Notes: a model not told the origin generated them from the letters alone. A DNA stretch of 33,901 nt from a virus (IMGVR_UViG_3300030376_006603:1-33901); one strand, 5' to 3'; shown: positions 15,582 through 25,474, counted from the first letter of the stretch. Program-made: numbers and translations.

Positions 15582-16274
15582 TTAGAATTTGTATTTAAAT
15601 CCTAGTCCAAAGTTCCAATCATGATCAAGACTGTATGGTGAGTTGTCTACATCATTATGGTTATAAGTAGCTTTAGCTGCAACTGAAAGCCCATTGCCAA
15701 AATCATAATCAACGACAGTTCCAACCTCTACTGCATTATAAGAGTTAGCGAAGTTAGATGTGATGAATGGAATGACACTAAGATTAGCGACAGGAGTTTC
15801 AAAGATGCGTGAGACAGTAAGTTCTACACCGTAAGAAGCGCTTGATCCAAGCTCATGCCAAACAGTTGTGCTTACGTCAGCTAACTCATGAGAGTAAGCT
15901 AAACCCAAACCAACCTGCTCCCAGTCACCAAAATCAGTTTCCACCTTTTGAAAAGATACTTTAGCATCGAAAGCTCGACCCAAAAGATCAACACCTTTAC
16001 TCCAAGAGACATCAACCTGTGAATCAGTGTCATCATCTGTTTCGAAGAGACCTACACCAGCAGAAAGAGATCCTCCTCCGACCGAAGTGCCGAGAAGAAG
16101 AGAATAATTAAATGCATCATCTCTTACTTTCAGACCCCTAGTGTTTGTTAATTCAGTATGAGAAACTCCAATATCTACAGCAATACCTTGAGTAAGATTA
16201 GAAGAAGTTTCAGTTCCCGCGCTACTAAAAGCAGCGCCCAATACAGTCATAAGACCAATTACTAGTTTTTTCAT
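15582..16274 (-). CDS. outer-membrane beta-barrel protein (porin-like)
   Basis: Sec signal MKKLVIGLMTVLGAAFSSA, alternating amphipathic strands, C-terminal BAM signal FGLGFKYKF. Confidence 0.85.
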   Translation of the reverse strand: MKKLVIGLMTVLGAAFSSAGTETSSNLTQGIAVDIGVSHTELTNTRGLKVRDDAFNYSLLLGTSVGGGSLSAGVGLFETDDDTDSQVDVSWSKGVDLLGRAFDAKVSFQKVETDFGDWEQVGLGLAYSHELADVSTTVWHELGSSASYGVELTVSRIFETPVANLSVIPFITSNFANSYNAVEVGTVVDYDFGNGLSVAAKATYNHNDVDNSPYSLDHDWNFGLGFKYKF

Positions 16275-16330
16275 ATACGTTTTTTATTATTACAGTTTTT
16301 TAATTTCAGTCAAGAAAAACTTGACAAAAG

Positions 16331-16573
16331 TTATTTTTCAGAGTAAATCTCTCTTTCCAAGCGCCTAAACCGCGCATCTGAATGCCAAGTTTCATCAGTT
16401 TGAGGTGTATAGACACCCTCTTTAGTCTGTATCGGAAGACCCTGCTTCAGTTTTAGAGTAGAAGGCTGATAAATGTTTAAACTGTTTACGTTCATCAGCG
16501 AGTCGCTGGCGCAAGAGGTCAGCCCTATCAGCGTCATGATTAGTGCCAGTTTGCCTAAGTTTTTCAATTTCAT
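16331..16573 (-). CDS. lipoprotein, putative o-spanin (Rz1-like)
   Basis: Basic N-terminus, hydrophobic core, lipobox LTSC; begins inside the upstream ORF in its +1 frame. Confidence 0.65.
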   Translation of the reverse strand: MKLKNLGKLALIMTLIGLTSCASDSLMNVNSLNIYQPSTLKLKQGLPIQTKEGVYTPQTDETWHSDARFRRLEREIYSEK

Positions 16574-16691
16574 CGATAATTTGGTCTTCTGTTTTTTGAT
16601 GTTCTTTATGTAAGTCGTAATAAAATTTATTATTTTTTATATTTAAAAATAATTCTAAAGATTTTAAAATAGATTTAATTATAGCAAACAC
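16422..16691 (-). CDS. helical protein, putative i-spanin (Rz-like)
   Basis: GTG start, amphipathic N-terminus, coiled-coil-like body, overlaps the lipoprotein gene by 152 nt; TM segment is weak. Confidence 0.5.
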   Translation of the reverse strand: MFAIIKSILKSLELFLNIKNNKFYYDLHKEHQKTEDQIIDEIEKLRQTGTNHDADRADLLRQRLADERKQFKHLSAFYSKTEAGSSDTD

Positions 16692-16888
16692 TACTTTTTA
16701 GCTTTGTAATTAGAATCAAAAATAAGCTTTTCTGTGATATCGCCATCATAGACTTCTTTTACAATACCTCGAACTGCTTTAGCGCAATCAATAGCCCAAT
16801 CGCGAGATCCGTTTAACTCTGCACTATAGCCATGATGATACTCGCCCTTCTTTGTGTATACCCTGTAAAGGATAGGTTTCGATTTCAT
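16691..16888 (-). CDS. hypothetical protein
   Basis: 65-aa ORF abutting both neighbours. Confidence 0.7.
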   Translation of the reverse strand: MKSKPILYRVYTKKGEYHHGYSAELNGSRDWAIDCAKAVRGIVKEVYDGDITEKLIFDSNYKAKK

Positions 16889-17605
16889 TTATTTATGCGG
16901 TTGGAATTCTAATGCTATTTTACCTACGTTTTCTTTGTCATCTGATAGGTATCCGTGTATTAAAACACGGTCAACTAAGAAATCAACACTTTTTTCATCA
17001 AAAAGATATTTTTTATTATCAAAGAATAATTCTCTTATTACTGTTCTTGAGTTTTTCCTCACAAAACCCATTTCTGATTTTTTACCCATCAGATGCTCTG
17101 TGGTCTTATTAGCTCCTACCACTTTAAATATTACACTCATACGATTTCTTTTACACCAAATTAATGTTTTTTCTGTGTCTTCTAGAAAGATAACTCGTTT
17201 TTGAAATATTTCAATCCATTTTTTAAATGGCTCTACATTGTGTATACGTGCTATTTCGCCCCTCGAATAGTTTTTATTGTATTTTGTTTGTAGTGAATCC
17301 AATAATTCATATGCCCCCAACCCAAATTTCTTATTAGAGAAACCAGCTTTACTGCTCATAGCAAAGGCAAAATGTAAATGTATGTTTATTTCTTCTACAG
17401 ATATGAAATAGTAAGCTATCGGCCCTTCTACACCTATTAAAGAATAGATCTGACAATCGCAAAGTTCTGCGAATATGCTTTTTATTTTTAAGTTTCTTAA
17501 TTTTGGAGATTTAAAACTGCAAAAACTATATGGCTTTGATTTTACACAAAACTCATAAAAATATGGCCATACTTCAGCAGGGTCTTTTACCTGTGTAATT
17601 TTCAC
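16889..17605 (-). CDS. hypothetical protein (N-terminal part possibly GNAT-like)
   Basis: 238 aa, GTG start after TATAAT; IAYYFI...IHLHFAF pattern only weakly suggests an acyltransferase fold. Confidence 0.65.
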   Translation of the reverse strand: MKITQVKDPAEVWPYFYEFCVKSKPYSFCSFKSPKLRNLKIKSIFAELCDCQIYSLIGVEGPIAYYFISVEEINIHLHFAFAMSSKAGFSNKKFGLGAYELLDSLQTKYNKNYSRGEIARIHNVEPFKKWIEIFQKRVIFLEDTEKTLIWCKRNRMSVIFKVVGANKTTEHLMGKKSEMGFVRKNSRTVIRELFFDNKKYLFDEKSVDFLVDRVLIHGYLSDDKENVGKIALEFQPHK

Positions 17606-17632
17606 TTCTTTTTTATATTATATAATAATAAA

Positions 17633-17638
17633 GTGTAA
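17633..17638 (+). promoter_or_regulatory. GTGTAA putative late-promoter motif
   Basis: 8 nt upstream of the tail operon ATG at the strand-switch point; second copy at 17593-17598. Confidence 0.5.
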
Positions 17639-17646
17639 TTTAAAAT

Positions 17647-19806
17647 ATGGCGGCAGAAGGAAAAAACAAAGTAGCAAGTAGTCTATTAGACCTACAACCA
17701 ACCGCCATATTAGAATTGTTTAGGATTTTCCCTGACAGAATTAACAAGCCTACTTTGTTTTTAGGTTTTCACGGAGGCGCTGTTTACGACAAATCAGTTG
17801 TTTGGCAAGGTGTTGAGTATTTGCCATTAGCGATAGAAACAGAGGGTTTTGATATATTAGCGGATGGAAAATTAGCTAGACCAAAAATAAAAGTAGCCAA
17901 TGAAAATAATATTATTACCAATTTCCTGCAAAATTACAATGATTTTAAGAACGCCAAGATAGTAAGAAAAAGAGTCTCTATAAAATTTATAGACGATGTA
18001 AACTTTGAAGGGGGAAACCCTTTTGGTTCAGCAGACCCTAAAGCGGAGCTAACAGATGAAACATGGTTGATGGGTAGAAAAACCCAAGAATCAAAGGTAT
18101 TCGCAGAATTTGAGTTAAACTCGCCATTAGATTTAGAGAATTTTTCAGTCAATAATAGAAATATCGTATCTAAGTTCTGTTACTGGCAATATCGAGGAGA
18201 GGGGTGCAGATACGCTGGAATCCCTATAGAGAGAGCGGATGGCGAAGCGTTCCTTGACCCAACTGGAGGACCAGTAGTCCCTAGATATAGGCCAGAAGGA
18301 AATGCAGACCCTGCCGCTGCTGCGTCTCCAACATATTTTTTGGCTGATCCAAATGCGATATGGAACCCCACAAAAGGATACATAAAAGGAGATATAGCTG
18401 TCACTGAAAGCCCGACGATTCTTTTGCCTAGCCAAGATCCTAATAATAAGGGTCAACCTTTAAAAACAATTTTTGTCTGTGTATCTGGTAACACTGGTCA
18501 ATCTCCAGAAGGTAATCCTACATATTGGCAAAAAGATGGTTGCACTAAGAAACTATCAGCTTGTCGCAAAAGATTTAATGATATTGACTTAGTAAGTTTT
18601 GTATCTGCACAAAATATACAAAGTGGTTTTAGTGGAGTCAGGATATCTGGTATGCCAAGTGAAGATAATCCTTTGATTCCAGCTCATACAGGATTGTTCC
18701 ATTCTAAAGAACAAGGATTAACTGGCCATTTCACAGGAGCATGGACAATTATGGGATGGGTGAATGTTAACTCGAACAGCCCTGTAGGTGCTGGGGTCTT
18801 AAGCACAACACCAAGAGATGATCAGAATTGGCCTAATATGCAATTCTTAAACATCAATGCTAATACAACCACACAAACACAAGATGGTAGTAGCTCAAGA
18901 AAAAGAAGAGGTGATAAAACAAATACAATTGCCGCTAACTATTTAGGCTATAAAATTAGTAGTACAAGCACAAATGCCGACAAGAACGCTTTTAGAAATG
19001 TCGCCCTTAACGAAGAACAAGATGGGGGAGACTCAAGAGAATGGGTTCAATATGTGATAACTAACAGCACAGGAACAGCTAATTTTGTTAATGGTGAGGA
19101 TGCAGAACAAGACACACTTATAAAATTCTTTGTAAACGGTGTCAGTAAATCTGCTGATAATACTACTAGGTTTGCTAGACATGGACTGGATCGGGAAAAC
19201 CAAAATTTATCACGGAATCTTGGGAACTTCGGCAGTTTAGCAGAGAGATTAGCTACAACCAGTCTATCTCACATGCCTGTCGCCTTGCCAGCATTACCTC
19301 AAACATTTATGTTGGGAGCAGTTGAATATTACCCAGGAAGGATAGGTTACGATACCAGACACGGAGGTGTTACAACCCCTTACACTACTTCTATGAACGG
19401 ATGCATAGGACCGTGGGCTGTTTGGAACAGAGCTATTAATCAAGAAGAGATAGATTTCTTATACAAAAGAGTCAGAACTCCAAATGAAGTCACAAATGTT
19501 TTAGATTTTGCACCAAGGGAGTATTATGAATGCACAGGAACATACAGTGGAGTGACTGGAGATGGTTTAGTAGCTTGGTGGGATGCTAGCACGGGAATAG
19601 TTGACGGCGGTTCTACTTTAGGAATGTTGGATATACATACTGTCGGCCCATATCATTTAACAGGTAGCGGAGAATTCCAAGGTTTTAAAGAAACCTATGA
19701 AGAAGGACCGCAAACACTTTTACCCAACCCAACACCTAAACAACCAAGATTTGGTGGATTTCCAGGAACTGATGGATTTAGTTATGGCAGAAACGCACAA
19801 ATGTAA
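17647..19806 (+). CDS. tail tip protein, lambda gpL-like, with inserted LamG-like domain
   Basis: ILELF, WQGVEYLP..IE..GF, RPKI, FEL.SPLD, CYWQYRGEGC, CTKKLSACRKRF (4 Cys), terminal FGGFPG. Confidence 0.9.
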   Translation: MAAEGKNKVASSLLDLQPTAILELFRIFPDRINKPTLFLGFHGGAVYDKSVVWQGVEYLPLAIETEGFDILADGKLARPKIKVANENNIITNFLQNYNDFKNAKIVRKRVSIKFIDDVNFEGGNPFGSADPKAELTDETWLMGRKTQESKVFAEFELNSPLDLENFSVNNRNIVSKFCYWQYRGEGCRYAGIPIERADGEAFLDPTGGPVVPRYRPEGNADPAAAASPTYFLADPNAIWNPTKGYIKGDIAVTESPTILLPSQDPNNKGQPLKTIFVCVSGNTGQSPEGNPTYWQKDGCTKKLSACRKRFNDIDLVSFVSAQNIQSGFSGVRISGMPSEDNPLIPAHTGLFHSKEQGLTGHFTGAWTIMGWVNVNSNSPVGAGVLSTTPRDDQNWPNMQFLNINANTTTQTQDGSSSRKRRGDKTNTIAANYLGYKISSTSTNADKNAFRNVALNEEQDGGDSREWVQYVITNSTGTANFVNGEDAEQDTLIKFFVNGVSKSADNTTRFARHGLDRENQNLSRNLGNFGSLAERLATTSLSHMPVALPALPQTFMLGAVEYYPGRIGYDTRHGGVTTPYTTSMNGCIGPWAVWNRAINQEEIDFLYKRVRTPNEVTNVLDFAPREYYECTGTYSGVTGDGLVAWWDASTGIVDGGSTLGMLDIHTVGPYHLTGSGEFQGFKETYEEGPQTLLPNPTPKQPRFGGFPGTDGFSYGRNAQM

Positions 19807-20191
19807 AGGGGAAGTTTCAGCTCTCCATAAGATAAAAGAAATAGCCCATAAGCATTTCACAAAGGAAATATGTGGCTTTCTTGGGTATGATCATGAAAGT
19901 AGAGAATTTATCGTTCAATTAGAAGATAATGATTCCGAAGACCCTAAATCATATTTCTTAATCAACCCTTTGAGTTATCTTTTATTCAAAGATTCCTATG
20001 ATATGGTAGCTATTTTCCATAGTCATATACTAGGAGATGAAACAGAATCAGATTTTGACATTAAAATGTCAGACAATTGTTGCCAACCTTTTCTTATTTA
20101 TAGCCTTAACACAAAAAAAATAAATATTTATACGCCCAAAACCATAGAAGCTGATGTAAATATACTAGAAAGGATTAAGGCAGTAGCATGA
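19784..20191 (+). CDS. tail assembly protein, lambda gpK-like JAB/MPN domain only
   Basis: EICGF...FHSH......S..D JAMM motif; start MAETH at 19784; no NlpC/P60 domain. Confidence 0.85.
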   Translation: MAETHKCKGEVSALHKIKEIAHKHFTKEICGFLGYDHESREFIVQLEDNDSEDPKSYFLINPLSYLLFKDSYDMVAIFHSHILGDETESDFDIKMSDNCCQPFLIYSLNTKKINIYTPKTIEADVNILERIKAVA

Positions 20192-20784
20192 CACAAGTAT
20201 ACATACATGGAATTTTGGCTCGGGAATACGGCGATAATTTTAAATTGAGCCTACCAAACCCTAAAGATGTATTAGAGGCTATAGATTGTAACAGAAGTGG
20301 TTTTATTCAAAGGTTAGTGGAATTACAAAAACAAGGATTCTGTTATGATATTATAATCAATAAAGAAAGGGTCACTCAAGAAGAACATATTTCTAGAATA
20401 AAAAACCCTAAAACTATAGATTTAGTTCCTGCTATAGCTGGGTCGGGACCAGCATTTTTTTTACCACTCGTAGGAGGAAGTAAGTTGTTAGCTACTATCG
20501 CAAGCGCATTATTTTTCGCAGCAGTTTCTTACGCCTTGACCCCAAAACCTGAAATAGAAGCTTTAGAAATTGAAGCAGATAGCTCCAAATCTTCTTTAAT
20601 ATTTTCTAATACAGTAAACGTAGCTAGTCAAGGATCTCCAGTTCCAATTGGATATGGTAGATTAAAGGTAGGCTCGCAAGTAATTCAGGCTACAATTAAA
20701 TCATTTCCTCAACACCAAACACCAAAAGAATCTTTAGGAGGAGTTGGAAACCCTGTTTTCGTAGGAAATAAAGTGGGCCTCTAA
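20188..20784 (+). CDS. tail assembly protein, lambda gpI-like
   Basis: VYIHGILAREYG, IDLVPAIAGSG, NVASQGSPVPIGYGRLKVGS. Confidence 0.9.
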   Translation: MTQVYIHGILAREYGDNFKLSLPNPKDVLEAIDCNRSGFIQRLVELQKQGFCYDIIINKERVTQEEHISRIKNPKTIDLVPAIAGSGPAFFLPLVGGSKLLATIASALFFAAVSYALTPKPEIEALEIEADSSKSSLIFSNTVNVASQGSPVPIGYGRLKVGSQVIQATIKSFPQHQTPKESLGGVGNPVFVGNKVGL

Positions 20785-20788
20785 TATA

Positions 20789-23700
20789 ATGAAACACTTA
20801 CTAAAAAAACTTAGCATCGCTGGCGCTGGCAAAGGTAGTAAAAAACCTAAACCTCCCATCTATAAACCTCCTGTGATGGGAGAATTGCAATACGGCGCTT
20901 CATTTAGTTATGCAGAAACTTTAGATTTAATTAGTGATGGACCCATTGAGGGAATAGTAAATGCAAATGGAAAAATTGTAGATGGATTAGAAATGTTACA
21001 AGGTATTTATTTAGATGATACCGCTGTAGCAGTAACTACAGAATCCGATACGACTGGAGATGAGTTAACTAGTTTAGAACTAGAAACTATAGAAACTCTC
21101 AATATGGGGTTGGATAGCACTAAAGGTGTCGCATTTTGTAGCGAGTTTTTCCAAGAATTAAAAGAAGCTCCTAGACGTAGCTCTGATGGAAAAATAACAG
21201 CTCTTCCATCTAGCACTCCTGGAGGAGTTGACAATAAGGAAGCGTCTTCTAATCCAGATGTGGCTATGGTTTATTTGACAGAAGAAGGACAAAGCCACAC
21301 AACTGTAGGTGGCATACGAGTTTATAATAAGATTGATCTCTTTATTAGAGGTTTTGTAAAATACAGAGGTAGCGCTGGAGATCAAACTTTCCAATGGTAT
21401 TTAAATGGAGAACAACAAACTGGCTATAGTGATTCTAATGCAGCTTTCAGAGGTTTAGACACACCCATAGGGACGCTTAACAGTCTTATCTGGGCAGACA
21501 GCTCTTTAGCTTCATCTAAATTTATTTTTGCCTTTCAACCCGCTTACGCCAGCTCCTCAATGTTACTCGGGGGGTGGGCGTTGAGAAATGCGGGGGGACA
21601 GAATGAAGCTAGAAACGCAGCATTTTCTCAAAATGAAACCAGAATTAATGAAGCAGTTTCTAGTGAGTTAGATACTATCTACGAATTATTCTCTAATAAT
21701 AACCAAGAAGGAGGCAATAGACTACAAAAAAGATTAGCTGAAAAAGCTTTAGAAGCTTTAAATTTTACTGGAGATAGTGTAAACAATTTAATTTTAGATT
21801 ACTTAAATCCAGAAGAATACGGGGGAGTTATTATAGTAAAAGTAGAAGATTTAAATAGCGATTTAGATAAATCTATTTTAGACGGTAATCAATTGTTTGG
21901 TATGACCACTTTTCCAGTTGGGACACAGAGTGGTTTCAACTTAATCGCAGCAATGAAAAATGCGAATATGAGAGTCACAGATGTAACATGCCCTGAAATA
22001 AATTCTGATGGGACTTTAACTGGGACTATGCATGGATTTTTGATTTTTGAATTCCCAATCGAACTTGATCCTCTAACAGAACCAATCGGAGGGGGGTGGA
22101 GTAGAGCGATAGCCAATGGTCAGATGAGCAATCCGTTGGGTGATGAATTTGGCAATAGACGGCAAACTGCCGCTGCATCTTTTACTTACAAAATACCTAA
22201 AGAAGTAATTGCAGCACTAAGTGATTTAAATTCTTTTAAATATGCAAAAACTCTTGATACAAACCAAATTATAGAGACAAATGCTACTGTAAATAATTTT
22301 AATGCTATTAATTTAAAGTACAATTATAGTAATGTTTTAGCTGAATTTAAAAAAGGAGAAGAGTCACAAGACGCATTCAAATATTTTAACAAAGTTTTTA
22401 TCGATCATCTGTATGATAGAGAGCTTTTTGGACCTTTCGGAACTGCGAGAGCCGAAGGAAACCCAAACGCCCTGAATGAACAGTCAAATGCTCCTCAAAG
22501 GGTTCAGATTGGCACTTCGATGTTAAATAGGAGCAGAGTTTTAGGAGAAACCGCAGATTTTTATAATACAGATTTAGTGGATGGTTTGCCTTTAAACGAG
22601 GGTAGTGATGACGAAAGACGAGACGCTAGAGGTACGGTAAGAAATTATTCAAGTTGGGGAGCAAATTCATTCGCAAATTTTGATGAACAAGAGATACCTG
22701 TTGTTCATACAATATATAATCCTAATGTAGACGAAGTATTTGTCACCCTAGACGTATCAGCTTTAAAAGATACTTTAATTAAAGATGTAGATAATGTCTT
22801 TACGGGAAGAAATAAAGACGATCAAGATTTAAAAATAGGCACTACATTCCCATCAGTTCTAAACATCAAAATAGAGACGGGGGCTATACGCGAAAATGGA
22901 GGTTTAAAAAAACATAAAGAATACACATATCGTATAGTAGCTCTTATCGAAGGAAATACCTTAATTGATTTAGGAAATCCTGATTATAAAACTTCAAGTG
23001 GCAGAGAATTTGTAATTCAACTTAATGGCGCAGATGATAACCTTAATTATTTATCTAAGCCTTTTGAATTGCCGCAATCTAAGATTACAAATAAAGAAGT
23101 TTTAAGTGCTGATGGTGAAGTGGGTATAGAAGCTGGGACTTTAGAGCAAGATAGCAATGAAAAAAGGTATGTAAGAATTAGTAAACTTTCCTATGAAACA
23201 AACTCCGCTTTGTTGTCCAAAGTAGTCTCCGTAAAAAAGGTGACAGAAATAATTCCAGTTGATCTTCCTTACCCTTACTCTGCGATAGTAGGAACAAAAT
23301 TAGATTCAAGAGCTTTTGGTAACATACCTAGAAGAAGCTTTGACTGTAAATTAAAAAAAGTCAAAGTCCCGAGTAATTACTTCCCCACAAAAAGAGGGAG
23401 AGATAAAAGATATTATAACAATCAAGAACTTTTCGATAATACGAGTAGAAAAGATAAGTTAATTTACAAAGGAGATTGGGATGGGTCTTTTAGAAATGAA
23501 TTAGTATGGACAGATAACCCAGCTTGGATCTTATATGATTTACTCACAAGCTCTAGGTATGGCATGGGTACTCATATAGATAGTGACACTATTAATAAGT
23601 GGCAACTATATAAAATAGGAAGATTTTGTGATGCTGTAGACGAGGACGGATATTTCGAAGGAGTAACTGATGGAAGAGGAGGTAAGGAACCTAGATATTC

Positions 23701-25474
23701 TTGCAATATTGTATTCGATCAAGGACAAAAGATTTTTGACGCAATAAACACTATTGCAGCTTTATTCAGAGGCAGAACATTCTTTAGTAATTCAGAAATT
23801 AATTTTGTAGACGATAGACCAAGAGGAGCGGTCAACTTGTTCACAAATGAAAGCGTCAAAGATGGTCTTTTCTTTTACTCTAACAACAGAAGAGATGAGC
23901 AGTTTAATTGTATAGAAGTAGGATATCGAGATCGATTTGATAATTTTTCACCTAAAATAGAGGTGGTAGAAGATGAAGAAGATATTAGAGAGAGAGGTAT
24001 TTTTAAGAAAAAAATAGAAGGTATTGGTATCACATCTAGAGCGATGGCTCGCAGAACTGCACAACATCAAATATTTTCTAAGATAAAAGAGAATCAACAA
24101 GTTGCATTTACCGCAGGACTAGAAAGCCTATTGTGTAAACCTGGGGATCTTGTTATAATTGAAGATGAATTAAAAACTAATATAGCCAATTTCGGAAAGG
24201 TATTAGCTGTAGATTTAGAAGCGGAAACTATTAGATTAACAAACCAATTTAACTCTTCATCAATGGAGGGAGTCTTAAGTGTTTATAATCCTACTGGTTC
24301 TGATTCTTACTTAGAATTAGAGGAAACAGCTAACACTAGAAGACAAAGATATGACAACTTCACAGTAACAGGTATAGGTAGTGATAGTTGGTCAAGATAC
24401 ACAGGACAATATTCTTTTTCAGGTTATACTCAAGGATATTCTGAAGCCACAGGATCAGGCGAAGCCAGATTTCAACAATATGCATCTTATACAGGTCTAC
24501 CCGAAAGTGGCACAATCCTTTACTTTGACACTGGTGTCACTGGTTGGATATTCGCTTCAGGCACAGGAGAAGGAAACGCGAGAGCTATTGATTTAAGATC
24601 TGGCGATTTAATATCTGAATGGACTGGCGCTCAAACATTATCTGATTTTAATACTGGTAAGATAGCCGTTTACGATGTGCCAAATAAAACAAGAAAAACA
24701 TCACCAGCACCTACCTTCTTTAGCGGTATAACTGATTTTGAAGTTTCAACAAGGGGTATAACTGAATCTGAACTTTCAGTGGCGAGTCCAGATCAGATAT
24801 CTATCTTAAGCGTTACAGGATCTATTATAGATCAAGATTATGGATCGATAGTTTCTGGTTTTAGTGACCCAAGCATATTACCTTTTGTTAAATTAGGTAG
24901 TCCCGCGAAATTTGAAATAAAACAAGCCAGCCCATTTTTCTATAAAGTCATTTCTATGCAGGAGGAAGCCACTAATGAATACTTGGTTACTGCTACGAAA
25001 TACGATACAGGCAAGTTTAATTTAATTGATAAAAATATAAGTATAGAAAACGAAGTAAATACCTTTAGTTATCAAGTAGCTCAAACAATCAATGGAGTCA
25101 CATATAAAACATTAGATGCTCCCACTCTTGACAATGTTACAACAGGAGTCCCTAACGCTTCAGATGGAACCTTCACTATCACAGGTATGTGGACTGGAAT
25201 CACTCCAGCTAACACTGTCACAGGATATAATATGGTTTTAGGTTTACCTAATGGGCAATCTTTAAGTGAATTTATAACAACTACTGGAGGAGAATTTACA
25301 GGTCTTAATCAGGTGGGTGTATATAATTTCAAGGTGAATGCATTAGGAAATAGAGGTGGTGGTGGTGGTGACGCATATTTCGATTCTGATTATTCATCAT
25401 CAGGTATATTTGTGCTTTACGAAGAATCTTTAACATTTTCTAAATCATTTTTAGATAGAATTACCATCATATAA
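20789..25474 (+). CDS. tail tip/host-specificity protein, lambda gpJ-like
   Basis: DLISDGPIEG, YPYSAIVG, VKVPSNY, WDGSF..VWTDNPAWILYDLLT..RYG, EPRYSCN, PGDLVII; 1561 aa. Confidence 0.92.
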   Translation: MKHLLKKLSIAGAGKGSKKPKPPIYKPPVMGELQYGASFSYAETLDLISDGPIEGIVNANGKIVDGLEMLQGIYLDDTAVAVTTESDTTGDELTSLELETIETLNMGLDSTKGVAFCSEFFQELKEAPRRSSDGKITALPSSTPGGVDNKEASSNPDVAMVYLTEEGQSHTTVGGIRVYNKIDLFIRGFVKYRGSAGDQTFQWYLNGEQQTGYSDSNAAFRGLDTPIGTLNSLIWADSSLASSKFIFAFQPAYASSSMLLGGWALRNAGGQNEARNAAFSQNETRINEAVSSELDTIYELFSNNNQEGGNRLQKRLAEKALEALNFTGDSVNNLILDYLNPEEYGGVIIVKVEDLNSDLDKSILDGNQLFGMTTFPVGTQSGFNLIAAMKNANMRVTDVTCPEINSDGTLTGTMHGFLIFEFPIELDPLTEPIGGGWSRAIANGQMSNPLGDEFGNRRQTAAASFTYKIPKEVIAALSDLNSFKYAKTLDTNQIIETNATVNNFNAINLKYNYSNVLAEFKKGEESQDAFKYFNKVFIDHLYDRELFGPFGTARAEGNPNALNEQSNAPQRVQIGTSMLNRSRVLGETADFYNTDLVDGLPLNEGSDDERRDARGTVRNYSSWGANSFANFDEQEIPVVHTIYNPNVDEVFVTLDVSALKDTLIKDVDNVFTGRNKDDQDLKIGTTFPSVLNIKIETGAIRENGGLKKHKEYTYRIVALIEGNTLIDLGNPDYKTSSGREFVIQLNGADDNLNYLSKPFELPQSKITNKEVLSADGEVGIEAGTLEQDSNEKRYVRISKLSYETNSALLSKVVSVKKVTEIIPVDLPYPYSAIVGTKLDSRAFGNIPRRSFDCKLKKVKVPSNYFPTKRGRDKRYYNNQELFDNTSRKDKLIYKGDWDGSFRNELVWTDNPAWILYDLLTSSRYGMGTHIDSDTINKWQLYKIGRFCDAVDEDGYFEGVTDGRGGKEPRYSCNIVFDQGQKIFDAINTIAALFRGRTFFSNSEINFVDDRPRGAVNLFTNESVKDGLFFYSNNRRDEQFNCIEVGYRDRFDNFSPKIEVVEDEEDIRERGIFKKKIEGIGITSRAMARRTAQHQIFSKIKENQQVAFTAGLESLLCKPGDLVIIEDELKTNIANFGKVLAVDLEAETIRLTNQFNSSSMEGVLSVYNPTGSDSYLELEETANTRRQRYDNFTVTGIGSDSWSRYTGQYSFSGYTQGYSEATGSGEARFQQYASYTGLPESGTILYFDTGVTGWIFASGTGEGNARAIDLRSGDLISEWTGAQTLSDFNTGKIAVYDVPNKTRKTSPAPTFFSGITDFEVSTRGITESELSVASPDQISILSVTGSIIDQDYGSIVSGFSDPSILPFVKLGSPAKFEIKQASPFFYKVISMQEEATNEYLVTATKYDTGKFNLIDKNISIENEVNTFSYQVAQTINGVTYKTLDAPTLDNVTTGVPNASDGTFTITGMWTGITPANTVTGYNMVLGLPNGQSLSEFITTTGGEFTGLNQVGVYNFKVNALGNRGGGGGDAYFDSDYSSSGIFVLYEESLTFSKSFLDRITII

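Noticed and set aside
16308-16349. GTCAAG-AAAAA-CTTGAC palindrome as divergent promoters
   Set aside because: Both -35 hexamers are good, but the matching -10 elements are poor, and the plus-strand one has no gene to drive; not called.
18577-19743. Intein in gpL
   Set aside because: No C/S start with HN-C/S/T end and no LAGLIDADG motif; the insert looks like a LamG domain.
19697-19783. Longer start for the gpK-like gene
   Set aside because: It overlaps the conserved gpL C-terminus by over 100 nt; ATG 19784 fits the domain better.
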